A program made the translations under genes and the position numbers. Source: Clostridiaceae bacterium (GTDB taxonomy: Bacteria; Bacillota; Clostridia; DUPQ01). From it: a stretch of DNA of 64,000 bases. The stretch is taken from positions 33,653 through 97,652 of the forward strand of contig DUPQ01000071.1 in NCBI GenBank assembly GCA_012838235.1, in the 5' to 3' direction. Below the pieces are notes generated by a model, which made no database searches, was not told where the DNA came from, and worked only from the letters and a program-made list of their open reading frames with translations. Of the stretch, positions 49,109 through 58,565 are shown piece by piece (position 1 is the stretch's first letter; each line of letters opens with the position of its first letter).

Positions 49109-51571
49109 ATGACAAAGGAACTGGTACTGAACCCGAAAGATTTAAGAAAAAGAAGTAAGATTAAATTCAAGGACATAGATGTCTGTGCATATAACAAGAC
49201 AATTGAAGAAGAAAAGAAGATATTTTCCAAAGCGGATTTTTTACGTATCTTCAGAGATATGGCAATAATACGTGAGTTTGAAAGTATGTTAAATGCGGTC
49301 AAAACTACCGGACAATACAACTCGGTAGAGCATGCATATCCCGGACCTGCACACCTTTCCATGGGTCAGGAAGCATCGGTTGTGGGACAGGCATATACAC
49401 TGGGTATAGACGATTTCATTTTAGGTTCACACAGAAGCCACGGTGAGATACTGGCAAAAGGATTGTCGGCCATTGAGAAACTTTCCGATAAAGAGCTTAT
49501 GGATATAATGGAGAGCTATTTTGACGGCAAAATTTTAAGGATAGTTCAGAAAGACCAGAAAACGGTAAAAGAACTGGCAATAGACTTTCTGCTTTACGGA
49601 ACATTGGCGGAAATATTCTCCAGAGAGACCGGTTTCCACAGAGGATTGGGCGGCTCCATGCATGCCTTCTTTATTCCGTTCGGCATATACCCCAACAATG
49701 CAATAGTTGGCGGAAGTGCCGATATAGCCGTAGGAGCGGCTCTTTACAAGAAGGTTAACAAAAAGAGCGGTATGGTTATAGCAAACTTAGGTGATGCTTC
49801 ATTGGGTTGCGGACCGGTATGGGAAGGAATCTGTTTTGCCACAATGGATCAGTACAAAACATTATGGGAAGGCGAGCATAAAGGCGGATTGCCCATAATA
49901 TTCAATTTCTTCAATAACTTTTACGGAATGGGCGGACAGACAATGGGTGAAACCATGGGCTTTGATATTCTTGCCCGTTTCGGAGCGGGAGTAAACCCCG
50001 AGCAGATGCATGCCGAGAGAATTGACGGATACAATCCTTTGGCGGTTATTGATGCGTATAAGAGAAAGAGAGAGATTATTGAAAAGAAAGAAGGACCGGT
50101 TCTTCTGGATGTCATGACATACAGATTTGCAGGACACTCTCCGAGTGATGCTTCGGCATACAGGACAAAGGAAGAAATAGATATGTGGATGGAACAGGAT
50201 TCACTTATCGAATACAGGCAGAAACTTGTAAAAGGCGGAATAGCAAAAGAGGAAGAGTTTGAAGCAATTCTTGGCGATGCGGCTTCACTGATATTCAAGA
50301 TATATAAAATGGCTATAGATCCTTCCATAACCCCCAAGATGGATCTTGTGGGTAATCCCAAAGCTATTGAAGACCTTATGTTCTCCAATGAAAGAATAGA
50401 AAAAATGGATGACAGACCGGTTGATGCTCTCATACCTTTAGAAGAAAATACCCGTTATCAGCAGGTTCAGAAGAAAGAGAGAAGGGGTATTGTAGACGGA
50501 GTGGTGGTTTCCAAGAATAAAGTTTTCCAGATAAGAGATGCTATATTCGAAGCAATGATAGAGAAGTTCTACACAGATCCCACTATGGTTGCATACGGTG
50601 AGGAAAACAGAGAATGGGGAGGAGCATATGCCGCATACAGAGGATTATGCGATTCCATGCCCTATCACAGACTGTTCAACTCCTCCATAAGTGAAGCCGC
50701 AATAGTAGGCTCTGCGGTAGGATATGCAATGGCGGGCGGAAGAGCGGTAGTGGAACTTATGTATTGCGATTTCTTGGGCAGAGCGGGAGATGAAGTATTC
50801 AACCAGCTTCCCAAATGGCAGGCCATGAGTGCCGGAATACTCAAAATGCCGGTAGTGGTAAGAGTAAGTGTAGGCGCCAAATACGGTGCGCAGCATTCAC
50901 AGGACTGGACCAGTTTATGTGCACATATCCCGGGGTTGAAGGTAGTATTCCCGGTAACACCTTACGATGCTAAAGGTCTGCTAAATGCCGCTCTATCGGG
51001 AACCGACCCGGTTATATTCTTTGAAAGCCAGAGACTGTATGACAAAGGCGAGATGTTCCATGAAGGCGGAGTACCTACTGAATATTATGAGGTACCGATA
51101 GGAGAGCCGGATATAAAGAGAGCGGGTAAGGATATAACCATACTGACAATAGGTGCAACACTTTACACGGCTTTGGATGCAGCCGATATACTGAAAGAAA
51201 AATACGGAATGGAAGCCGAAGTAATAGATGCAAGAACCGTTTCACCGTTTAATTACGACACGGTTGTTCAATCGGTTAAAAAGACCGGAAGAATTATACT
51301 TGCTTCGGATGCCTGCGAAAGAGGATCTCACCTTAAAGATATGGCAACGACAATTTCCACACTGTGTTTTGATTATCTGGATGCACCTGCAGTAGTTGTA
51401 GGATCCAGAAACTGGATTACACCGGCAGCCGATTATGAGAAGTCTTTCTTCCCTCAACCGAGCTGGATATTAGATGCCATACATCAGAAGATTGTTCCGT
51501 TAAAAGGTCATGTTTCGACAATGAGCTTTACCGACGGTGAAATAGTCAGATTGAACAGATTAGGGGTGTAA
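49109..51571 (+). CDS. Fused E1 alpha/beta subunit of a TPP-dependent 2-oxoacid (pyruvate/acetoin-type) dehydrogenase
   Basis: 820 aa. The N-terminal half is alpha-like (E1_dh TPP-binding). The C-terminal half is beta-like (transketolase-like pyrimidine-binding and C-terminal domains). Confidence 0.8.
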   Translation: MTKELVLNPKDLRKRSKIKFKDIDVCAYNKTIEEEKKIFSKADFLRIFRDMAIIREFESMLNAVKTTGQYNSVEHAYPGPAHLSMGQEASVVGQAYTLGIDDFILGSHRSHGEILAKGLSAIEKLSDKELMDIMESYFDGKILRIVQKDQKTVKELAIDFLLYGTLAEIFSRETGFHRGLGGSMHAFFIPFGIYPNNAIVGGSADIAVGAALYKKVNKKSGMVIANLGDASLGCGPVWEGICFATMDQYKTLWEGEHKGGLPIIFNFFNNFYGMGGQTMGETMGFDILARFGAGVNPEQMHAERIDGYNPLAVIDAYKRKREIIEKKEGPVLLDVMTYRFAGHSPSDASAYRTKEEIDMWMEQDSLIEYRQKLVKGGIAKEEEFEAILGDAASLIFKIYKMAIDPSITPKMDLVGNPKAIEDLMFSNERIEKMDDRPVDALIPLEENTRYQQVQKKERRGIVDGVVVSKNKVFQIRDAIFEAMIEKFYTDPTMVAYGEENREWGGAYAAYRGLCDSMPYHRLFNSSISEAAIVGSAVGYAMAGGRAVVELMYCDFLGRAGDEVFNQLPKWQAMSAGILKMPVVVRVSVGAKYGAQHSQDWTSLCAHIPGLKVVFPVTPYDAKGLLNAALSGTDPVIFFESQRLYDKGEMFHEGGVPTEYYEVPIGEPDIKRAGKDITILTIGATLYTALDAADILKEKYGMEAEVIDARTVSPFNYDTVVQSVKKTGRIILASDACERGSHLKDMATTISTLCFDYLDAPAVVVGSRNWITPAADYEKSFFPQPSWILDAIHQKIVPLKGHVSTMSFTDGEIVRLNRLGV

Positions 51572-51577
51572 GTTAAG

Positions 51578-52339
51578 TTGAATCAGAGACAATTACAGAT
51601 AAAGCGGATGCTGGATGATCATTCAGAGGTTTTTCTCAAGCAGCTGAAGAAGATTTTCTCCGATGTCTCGGAAATGACCATACGCCGTGATTTGATACTG
51701 CTGGAAGATAAGGGATATGCGGTGCGGACTCACGGCGGAGCGGTCAGTATAAACCGTTTTAAAAAAGCGGGGGAAGATGAGACAGGTTATACTGTAAGAC
51801 AGGCGGAGAATGTGGAGAAAAAAGCCATCATCGCCCGAAAAGCCTCCCATTTCATTGAAAAAGACCGATCGGTATATTTGGATGCGGGAAGTACCGTTAT
51901 GGGTTTAGCCAATCTTCTTACCGATATGAAAGGCTGCACCTTTATAACTTCCGCGGTAAACACCGCTTTGAAACTTGCTTCCACCGATAACTCGGTTATA
52001 TTGCTGGGAGGAACGATAAGCCCCAATACATTGGCATGTTCCGGTCCGGAAGCCATGCAAATGTTGGAGATAATGAACATTGATTTGGCTGTAATGGGAG
52101 CTTCGGGATTTTCCGCAGAGAAGGGTTTTTCCGTTTCCAATATGCATGATGCCAAACTGAAAACCAGAATTATCGAGAAGGCCAGAAAAACCATAATGCT
52201 TGCCGATTCTACCAAAATAGACAAGGATAAAGCATACACTTTCTGCCGGCTTAAGGATGTGGATATTTGGGTTTGCGACACCATGCCCGATGATAAAGTT
52301 TTAGATAAATGCAAAAAAGACAACGTTTTGGTTGTGTAA
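51578..52339 (+). CDS. DeoR/GlpR-family transcriptional regulator
   Basis: N-terminal HTH (EMTIRRDLILLEDKGYAVRTHGGA) plus C-terminal sugar-phosphate sensor domain. TTG start. Confidence 0.85.
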   Translation: MNQRQLQIKRMLDDHSEVFLKQLKKIFSDVSEMTIRRDLILLEDKGYAVRTHGGAVSINRFKKAGEDETGYTVRQAENVEKKAIIARKASHFIEKDRSVYLDAGSTVMGLANLLTDMKGCTFITSAVNTALKLASTDNSVILLGGTISPNTLACSGPEAMQMLEIMNIDLAVMGASGFSAEKGFSVSNMHDAKLKTRIIEKARKTIMLADSTKIDKDKAYTFCRLKDVDIWVCDTMPDDKVLDKCKKDNVLVV

Positions 52340-52343
52340 CCGC

Positions 52344-53490
52344 ATGAAAAAAAGATTAATCGCACTATTTCTGTTATTTACTCTGCTTATAGTATTATCC
52401 TCCTGTAAAACTTTTAATGAGAAGAATCTTGATACGGATAATATCACTGAAACAAGCAATGTTTTTAACGGTGATATAAACGACAACAGATTTACGCGTT
52501 TCCGGCAGTCGGATTCGGTTATTTCTTTGTTTGTTGAAACGCACAAAGGTATCTACTATTTAAATTGCAAAGACTGCTCCGTCTATTTCAGTTTCGACGG
52601 TATTTCCGAATATGTTAAATTGTGTTCCAAGCCTGATTGCATGCATAAAGACCACGACAAAAATTGCAATTGCATATTATGACGGATATATTTACTATGT
52701 CGGCATTCATCAAGGGAACTACTGGTTATTCAGAATGAATATGGACAAAAACAATCATATTCCCGTAAAACTCATTTCCACTATGCAGGAAAGGCTTACC
52801 GGCTTCTTTGAACACGGTTATTTGTACTTTTTCAAAGGTTCTATTGCTCTTTTGGGCAACACAAATAATGTGATATATAAAACGGCGGTCTTTGACAACA
52901 GTGAAAGTGTAAAGATAGCGGATGCCGAGGATAAAGGTATTGCTGTAGGTAATTTGTCCTGGTTTTACCCTTTGGACGGGTATATATATTTCTACACCTA
53001 CTTTCCCGAAACAAAATACCGGTTGTGCAGGTATTCAATGGAGACAGGACAGTGGAGTGAATTTGTAAACACCGAGTGGTGTTATGAAAATGTATTTACC
53101 GATAACGATAAAGTATATTGGTATCTGAACGGTAAAGGTTTTTATGAATACACATATGAAACGGGAATAACGGAGAAAGTAGCCGATTTTATAGGTGACG
53201 GCTTGTATGTGGCTTCATATAACGATGAGTACATCTACTTATATCAGTTTTTTGAAACAAAAGAATCTTCCGTTTCTCCCATGTTTTACATTTTTGACAG
53301 GCAGTACAATCTGATAGACAGTGTATTGTTTGATGTGGAAATGGAGGATTACTCCTTAACATTTTATGTAACGGAACTGGAGGACTATGTTATTCTGTCC
53401 TCTGCAGTTATCAGTAACCCTCCCGATTACTATCTCTTGAAATCGGAATTCGGCAGCGGGGATATAAAGGTGAGGAAAATCGGTGACTGA
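52344..53490 (+). pseudogene. DUF5050-like beta-propeller lipoprotein split into two overlapping frames (frameshift near an A5 run at 52659-52663), either a pseudogene or a sequence error
   Basis: Lipobox LSSC at the N-terminus. The recurrent blade motif DGYIYY/HGYLYFF/DGYIYFY/DKVYWY continues across both ORFs (52332-52682 frame 0; 52612-53490 frame 1). Confidence 0.45.
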
Positions 53491-53517
53491 TAGTCCGTTT
53501 TATGTTATCATATTCCT

Positions 53518-54081
53518 ATGAAGATTCTATTTATACGGCACGGTCAGACCGATTGGAACATACAGGAAAGAGTACAGGGCTCTTCGGATATACCACTTAA
53601 TGAAACGGGAATAAAACAGGCACATGCGGTTAAAGAGATGCTTAAGAAGCATAGCTTTGATGAAGTGATAGTTTCGCCTTTGGAAAGAGCAAGACATACG
53701 GCATCCATAGTATGTGAAGGCAGAGATGTGGAAATGATTATAGACCGCAGGATTGCGGAAAGAGACTTCGGTAAGTACGAGGGGGTTTCATACAGGCAGG
53801 ATACCGAATATTATAAAAAAGTATGGTCACTGGATATGAATAATCAGCTTGAGACTGTGGAATCATATATTGCGTTTTACGGAAGAGTTGTGGATTTTCT
53901 TGAAGAAATTATTAAAAAGCATTACGGCAAAACCGTCTTACTGGTTGCACACGGCGGAGTATCGATAGCCGTTGCTCAATATTTCAAAGGGGCCCCTGAA
54001 AACGGAGATTACCGCAGTTATTTATTGGACAATTGCGAAATAGCCGAATATGATGAGACATATATAAAAAAGAAATTATGA
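53518..54081 (+). CDS. Histidine phosphatase family protein (phosphoglycerate mutase-like)
   Basis: RHGQTDWN catalytic motif at the N-terminus, with a downstream His. Confidence 0.8.
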   Translation: MKILFIRHGQTDWNIQERVQGSSDIPLNETGIKQAHAVKEMLKKHSFDEVIVSPLERARHTASIVCEGRDVEMIIDRRIAERDFGKYEGVSYRQDTEYYKKVWSLDMNNQLETVESYIAFYGRVVDFLEEIIKKHYGKTVLLVAHGGVSIAVAQYFKGAPENGDYRSYLLDNCEIAEYDETYIKKKL

Positions 54082-55559
54082 TAGATTTCAATGTTTCAAA
54101 ATCCAGATATGTAAGAGCGGTACAGTGTATAAAAATGTACTGGATGGACAGAGTTAAGCCGGAAGAGTTTGATGATTCGGTAATGGATGAAGCGGTGCTG
54201 GAAACCGGCAATGAAGTAGGGGAATTGGCGCAAAAGCTTTTTGATAATGTATCCGTTGTAGAATACTCGGATGATAAGTTGCAAATGATAAATAGGACAA
54301 GTGAATATATCAGGCTGGGTAAAAGATATATTGCCGAAGCTTCTTTTGCTTACAAAGGACGCTTTTTGAGCGTGGATATATTGGAAGTATGTGATGACGG
54401 CGTTATCATCAATGAGGTAAAGAGTTCCACAAGTGTTAAAGATGTATACCTTGATGATGCCGCATATCAGAGTTATGTTCTGTCACTTTCCGGTTTCAAT
54501 GTTAAAAGGGTAAATGTAATAACACTCAATTCAAGTTATGTCAGAAAAGGCGAGCTGGATTTGACTCAGCTGTTTTCTGTCACTGATGTGACTTGTCAGG
54601 CTTTTTTACGGCATCAATCCGTAGAGCAGCTTTTAGAGTTTTTATCACAGGATTTAGACCTTACCGTTGAGCCGGATGTATCTGTTGCGGATTACTGTTT
54701 TTCTCCTTATCCTTGCGGATATTTCGGTTACTGCACACGTCATCTGCCCGAAGAGAATATTTTTATGCTTAAGAATGTTAATAAGAAGAATAAACTGGAC
54801 ATGTATAACAGAGGACTATATTCCTTTTCCGATGTTATTAATGAAAGAGTTGTATTTTCACGGCTGAGACCGGTTGTAAAAGACCAGCTTCTGAAAGAAA
54901 AGATTATAGATAAAAAAGAGATCGGTCGATTTGTAAGCAAGTTCCGTTATCCTCTGTATTATTTAGACTTTGAAACGATACAGTATGCCATACCGCCGTA
55001 TGACGGCATGAAGCCGTATCAGCAGACACCTTTTCAATATTCTTTGCATATAGAATATGAGGACGGCAGGCTGGAGCATAAGGAGTATCTTGCATCGGAC
55101 GGATTTGACTGCAGAGAACAATTGGCCACGCGTCTGGTAAACGATATACCTAAGGGCGCCTGCTCGGTTGCATATAATATGGCGTTTGAAAAAGGTGTAA
55201 TCAGAGACCTTGCCGATTATTTTCCTTACCTTCGGGATGAGCTTACGGATATATATGACAATATGCTGGATCTTATGATACCCTTTAAAAACCACTGGTA
55301 TTATGATAAGGAAATGCAGGGAAGCTATTCCATCAAAGCGGTACTGCCCGCTCTTTTTCCCGATGATTATACTTTGGATTACGAAAATCTTGAAGGAGTA
55401 AAAAGAGGAGATCAGGCAATGGCTGCGTTCAGAAAAATGCCTTCCATGTCGGAAGAGGAAAAACAGCAGGTTCGGAATCAGTTACTGGAATACTGTAAGT
55501 TGGACACCTATGCCATGGTGATGATAATGAGAAAACTAAAGGGAGCAATTTATGAGTGA
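54078..55559 (+). CDS. DUF2779 domain protein (RecB/Cas4-like nuclease fold)
   Basis: YLDFETIQYAIPPYDG...QQTPFQYSLH motifs typical of DUF2779. Confidence 0.6.
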   Translation: MIDFNVSKSRYVRAVQCIKMYWMDRVKPEEFDDSVMDEAVLETGNEVGELAQKLFDNVSVVEYSDDKLQMINRTSEYIRLGKRYIAEASFAYKGRFLSVDILEVCDDGVIINEVKSSTSVKDVYLDDAAYQSYVLSLSGFNVKRVNVITLNSSYVRKGELDLTQLFSVTDVTCQAFLRHQSVEQLLEFLSQDLDLTVEPDVSVADYCFSPYPCGYFGYCTRHLPEENIFMLKNVNKKNKLDMYNRGLYSFSDVINERVVFSRLRPVVKDQLLKEKIIDKKEIGRFVSKFRYPLYYLDFETIQYAIPPYDGMKPYQQTPFQYSLHIEYEDGRLEHKEYLASDGFDCREQLATRLVNDIPKGACSVAYNMAFEKGVIRDLADYFPYLRDELTDIYDNMLDLMIPFKNHWYYDKEMQGSYSIKAVLPALFPDDYTLDYENLEGVKRGDQAMAAFRKMPSMSEEEKQQVRNQLLEYCKLDTYAMVMIMRKLKGAIYE

Positions 55560-55689
55560 TAAAGATGACAAAGATGTCGGGCAGGGTAAGCAGGAATTCA
55601 GAAGAAAAATTATAAAGACCGTTATATTGGTCATACTTATAATTGCACTGTCCGCCCTCCTTATATACTGGTATTTTTTGAGACAATAG
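55552..55689 (+). CDS. Small (45-aa) single-pass membrane protein, translationally coupled to DUF2779 gene (ATGAGTGA overlap)
   Basis: MSDKDDKDVGQGKQEFRRKIIKTVILVILIIALSALLIYWYFLRQ has a charged N-terminus and one TM helix. Below the track length cutoff. Confidence 0.35.
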   Translation: MSDKDDKDVGQGKQEFRRKIIKTVILVILIIALSALLIYWYFLRQ

Positions 55690-55781
55690 CGGTTTTCTTT
55701 AGTTAAAAAGACACAATCCTATATGTTTTTGAAAACCGTTGGGATATAATAAAGGTAAGAATAACAATTAGGAGCTTTTTT

Positions 55782-56558
55782 ATGAAATTATTGAATAATA
55801 AAGTTGCTGTCATAACGGGAGCCGCACAGGGTTTGGGCGAGGCATTGGCTCAAAGACTGGATAAAGAAGGGTGTTCAATCGTTTTGGCGGATTTGAATTA
55901 CGAAAAAGTATGTGAAGTGGCAAAGCCGCTGAAAAAAGCCGTAGCCTGCAAAGTGGATGTCACCAAAGAGACGGAAGTAGATGCAATGACTCAGCTGGCT
56001 GTGGATACCTTCGGAAGAATTGATATATTTGTCAACAATGCCGGCATTGTTATATCCGGTCCCACCGATGAGTTTGATGTAAACAAATGGAGACTGGTGC
56101 AGGATGTCAATCTTTGGGGATATTTCATATGTGCCAAGTCGGCTGTAAAACATATGTTAAAGAATAAAAACGGAGCATCTTTTATACAGATTAACAGTAA
56201 ATCGGGCAAAAAAGGCTCTTTTAGAAACAGTGCATATGCCGCATCGAAGTTCGGCGGTATAGGACTTACTCAGAGTCTTGCTCTGGAGTATGCAAAAGAC
56301 AATATCCGATTCAATGCCATATGTCCGGGTAACCTTTTAAATTCCCCGTTATGGGTTGACAGTCTTTTTAAGCAGTATGCAAAAAACCAGGGAATAACCG
56401 AAGAGGAAGTCCGTCAGAAGTACCTTGATCAGGTACCGATGGGAAGATCCTGTGAATATGAGGATGTTGCAAATGTCATGGTTTTCCTGGCCAGTGATAT
56501 GTCCGGCTATATGACGGGACAGGCAATTAATGTAACAGGCGGACAGGAAATGCGATAA
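55782..56558 (+). CDS. SDR-family oxidoreductase
   Basis: TGAAQGLG cofactor motif, NNAG, catalytic YAASK. Confidence 0.85.
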   Translation: MKLLNNKVAVITGAAQGLGEALAQRLDKEGCSIVLADLNYEKVCEVAKPLKKAVACKVDVTKETEVDAMTQLAVDTFGRIDIFVNNAGIVISGPTDEFDVNKWRLVQDVNLWGYFICAKSAVKHMLKNKNGASFIQINSKSGKKGSFRNSAYAASKFGGIGLTQSLALEYAKDNIRFNAICPGNLLNSPLWVDSLFKQYAKNQGITEEEVRQKYLDQVPMGRSCEYEDVANVMVFLASDMSGYMTGQAINVTGGQEMR

Positions 56559-56560
56559 AT

Positions 56561-57781
56561 ATGAATGAATTCTTCCTTCTGCAAATTGAAAATCTGAATA
56601 ATCCTAAAAAGGCGGAAAGGCTGAACAGTCTGTCGGTGTTGAAAAATGCCGTAGATAAAGGCGATATGCCTAAACCGGTATTCTATAACGATGTAAACAA
56701 CCATATACATACCGCATATTCCTTTTCACCGTACAGTCCCTCAAAAGCTCTGTTTATGGCTTACATGAACGGTCTTAAGACTGCGGGCATAATGGATCAT
56801 GATTCGGTTGCAGGGTGCAAAGAGTTTATTGAAGCGGGTAAGATTTTAGATATGCCCATTACCTGCGGTATTGAGGTAAGGGCACGTATGGATAAGACGC
56901 CGTTAAACGGCCTAAGGATAAACAATCCCGACCAGGATTCTGTTGCCTATGTCGCTCTTCACGGAATACCTCATCAGTATATAGATACAATACAGGATTT
57001 CATGGCGCCGTACAGAGCGGCCAGAAATGACCGCAACCGTGCCATGTGCGATAAGATAAATGCAGTGCTTAATAAATATGATATTTCATTGGATTTTGAT
57101 AAAGAGGTCGCTCCGTTATCTTTGTATCATGAAGGCGGAACGGTAACCGAAAGACACATATCTTATGCACTTGCACTTAAAATGATAGAACGTTTCAAAA
57201 GAGGAAAAGCACTTATAGATTTCTACAAGACTACTTTAAATTTACCTTTAAGCCTTAAGAATGAAGCTTTATTGAGCGATGTGTCCAATCCGGTGTATGA
57301 GTACGACCTTTTGGGAGCGATAAAAAGTGATTTGATTTCACTGTTCTACATAGACGCTTATGACGAGTGTCCCGATATACACGATGTAATATCTTTGAGC
57401 AGAAAGACCAAAGCCATATCGGCATATGCATATTTAGGAGATGTGGCAAGTTCGGTGACCGGAGACAAGAAACCGCAGAAATTCGAGGACTCTTATCTGG
57501 ATAAGCTTTTTGAAGTGTTGAAGCAACTGGATTTCGATGCGGTGACATACATGCCCTCGAGAAATACCAAAGAGCAACTGATAAGGGTTAGAACGTTATG
57601 TGAGCGGTACGGATTTTTCCAGATAAGCGGAGAGGATATAAACTCACCGAGGCAGAGTTTTGTGTGCAAAGCCATGAGAGATTCGTTTTTCGATAATTTA
57701 AGGGAATCAACATATGCCTTGATAAATCACGAACGGCAAGCGACCGAAGATATAACAAAGGCTATGTTTTATAATAAATAA
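56561..57781 (+). CDS. PHP-domain phosphoesterase family protein
   Basis: HIHTAYSFSPYSP...MDHDS metal-binding motifs of the PHP (polymerase/histidinol phosphatase) fold. Confidence 0.65.
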   Translation: MNEFFLLQIENLNNPKKAERLNSLSVLKNAVDKGDMPKPVFYNDVNNHIHTAYSFSPYSPSKALFMAYMNGLKTAGIMDHDSVAGCKEFIEAGKILDMPITCGIEVRARMDKTPLNGLRINNPDQDSVAYVALHGIPHQYIDTIQDFMAPYRAARNDRNRAMCDKINAVLNKYDISLDFDKEVAPLSLYHEGGTVTERHISYALALKMIERFKRGKALIDFYKTTLNLPLSLKNEALLSDVSNPVYEYDLLGAIKSDLISLFYIDAYDECPDIHDVISLSRKTKAISAYAYLGDVASSVTGDKKPQKFEDSYLDKLFEVLKQLDFDAVTYMPSRNTKEQLIRVRTLCERYGFFQISGEDINSPRQSFVCKAMRDSFFDNLRESTYALINHERQATEDITKAMFYNK

Positions 57782-57798
57782 GAAAGAGGTGTCCGCAA

Positions 57799-58530
57799 TT
57801 GAGCTACCAGGAATTGTGCAGGAAAAGAGATTACGTAAACGGCAAATTGCCCGAATTATCCCCTGAAAAAATCGAGGAATTGGAAAAACAATTCGAGTGT
57901 GACTACGCTTACGAATCCATCAAGATTAAAGGAAGTGAACTGTCAAGGGATCAGGTCATGGCTATCTTAAATGATAAAGCCGACGACATGGAGAAAACAA
58001 AAGATGTCCAGGGAACGATAAACCACAGCAGAGCTTTCAAGTATATGAAAATGTACTTAAAGAAGAACGCATATCTTGATGAGGAAGCAATAAAAGAGAT
58101 AAATGCCATAGTTGTGGAAGACATTTCCGTAGGCGGCATATATCGCAATGTCAATCTTATCATTCCCGGAAGAAAGCATGTTCCGCCGTCACCGGAAAAA
58201 GCATATTACAAAATGAAAAAATATATTCTCGATCTGCCCTATCTGCAATATGATACGGTTACGGAAAAAGCCATTTATGCATATGCCATGTTCATGAAGA
58301 TTCATCCTTTTATTGACGGAAACAGCAGGACCGGAAAGCTTATCATGAATTATGTCCTTATGAAGGAAGGTTTCCTGCCCATATACATACCGCAGAACAG
58401 ATATATCGAGTATGTGCGTGCATTCGAGTTGTTTGCTTCGGAAGATAATCTCGAGCCTTTAGCCAAGTTGGCTTTTGAATTTGAAAACGCACAACTGGAC
58501 ATATATATTAAAGCGATAGACAAGGCATAA
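57799..58530 (+). CDS. Fic/DOC-family protein with non-canonical motif HPFIDGNSRTGK
   Basis: Canonical Fic motif is HxFx(D/E)GNGRxxR. Here Gly8 is Ser and Arg12 is Lys. An inhibitory-helix-like SIKIKG occurs upstream in place of (S/T)xxxE(G/N). Confidence 0.75.
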   Translation: MSYQELCRKRDYVNGKLPELSPEKIEELEKQFECDYAYESIKIKGSELSRDQVMAILNDKADDMEKTKDVQGTINHSRAFKYMKMYLKKNAYLDEEAIKEINAIVVEDISVGGIYRNVNLIIPGRKHVPPSPEKAYYKMKKYILDLPYLQYDTVTEKAIYAYAMFMKIHPFIDGNSRTGKLIMNYVLMKEGFLPIYIPQNRYIEYVRAFELFASEDNLEPLAKLAFEFENAQLDIYIKAIDKA

Positions 58531-58565
58531 AACAGATACTTATACACTAAAATCATTGGAGGTTA

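Noticed and set aside
49921-50433. 170-aa minus-strand ORF inside the fused E1 gene, and similar ones at 50645-50896, 51787-52365, 62771-63582
   Set aside because: Antisense to strongly supported coding regions. Likely noncoding.
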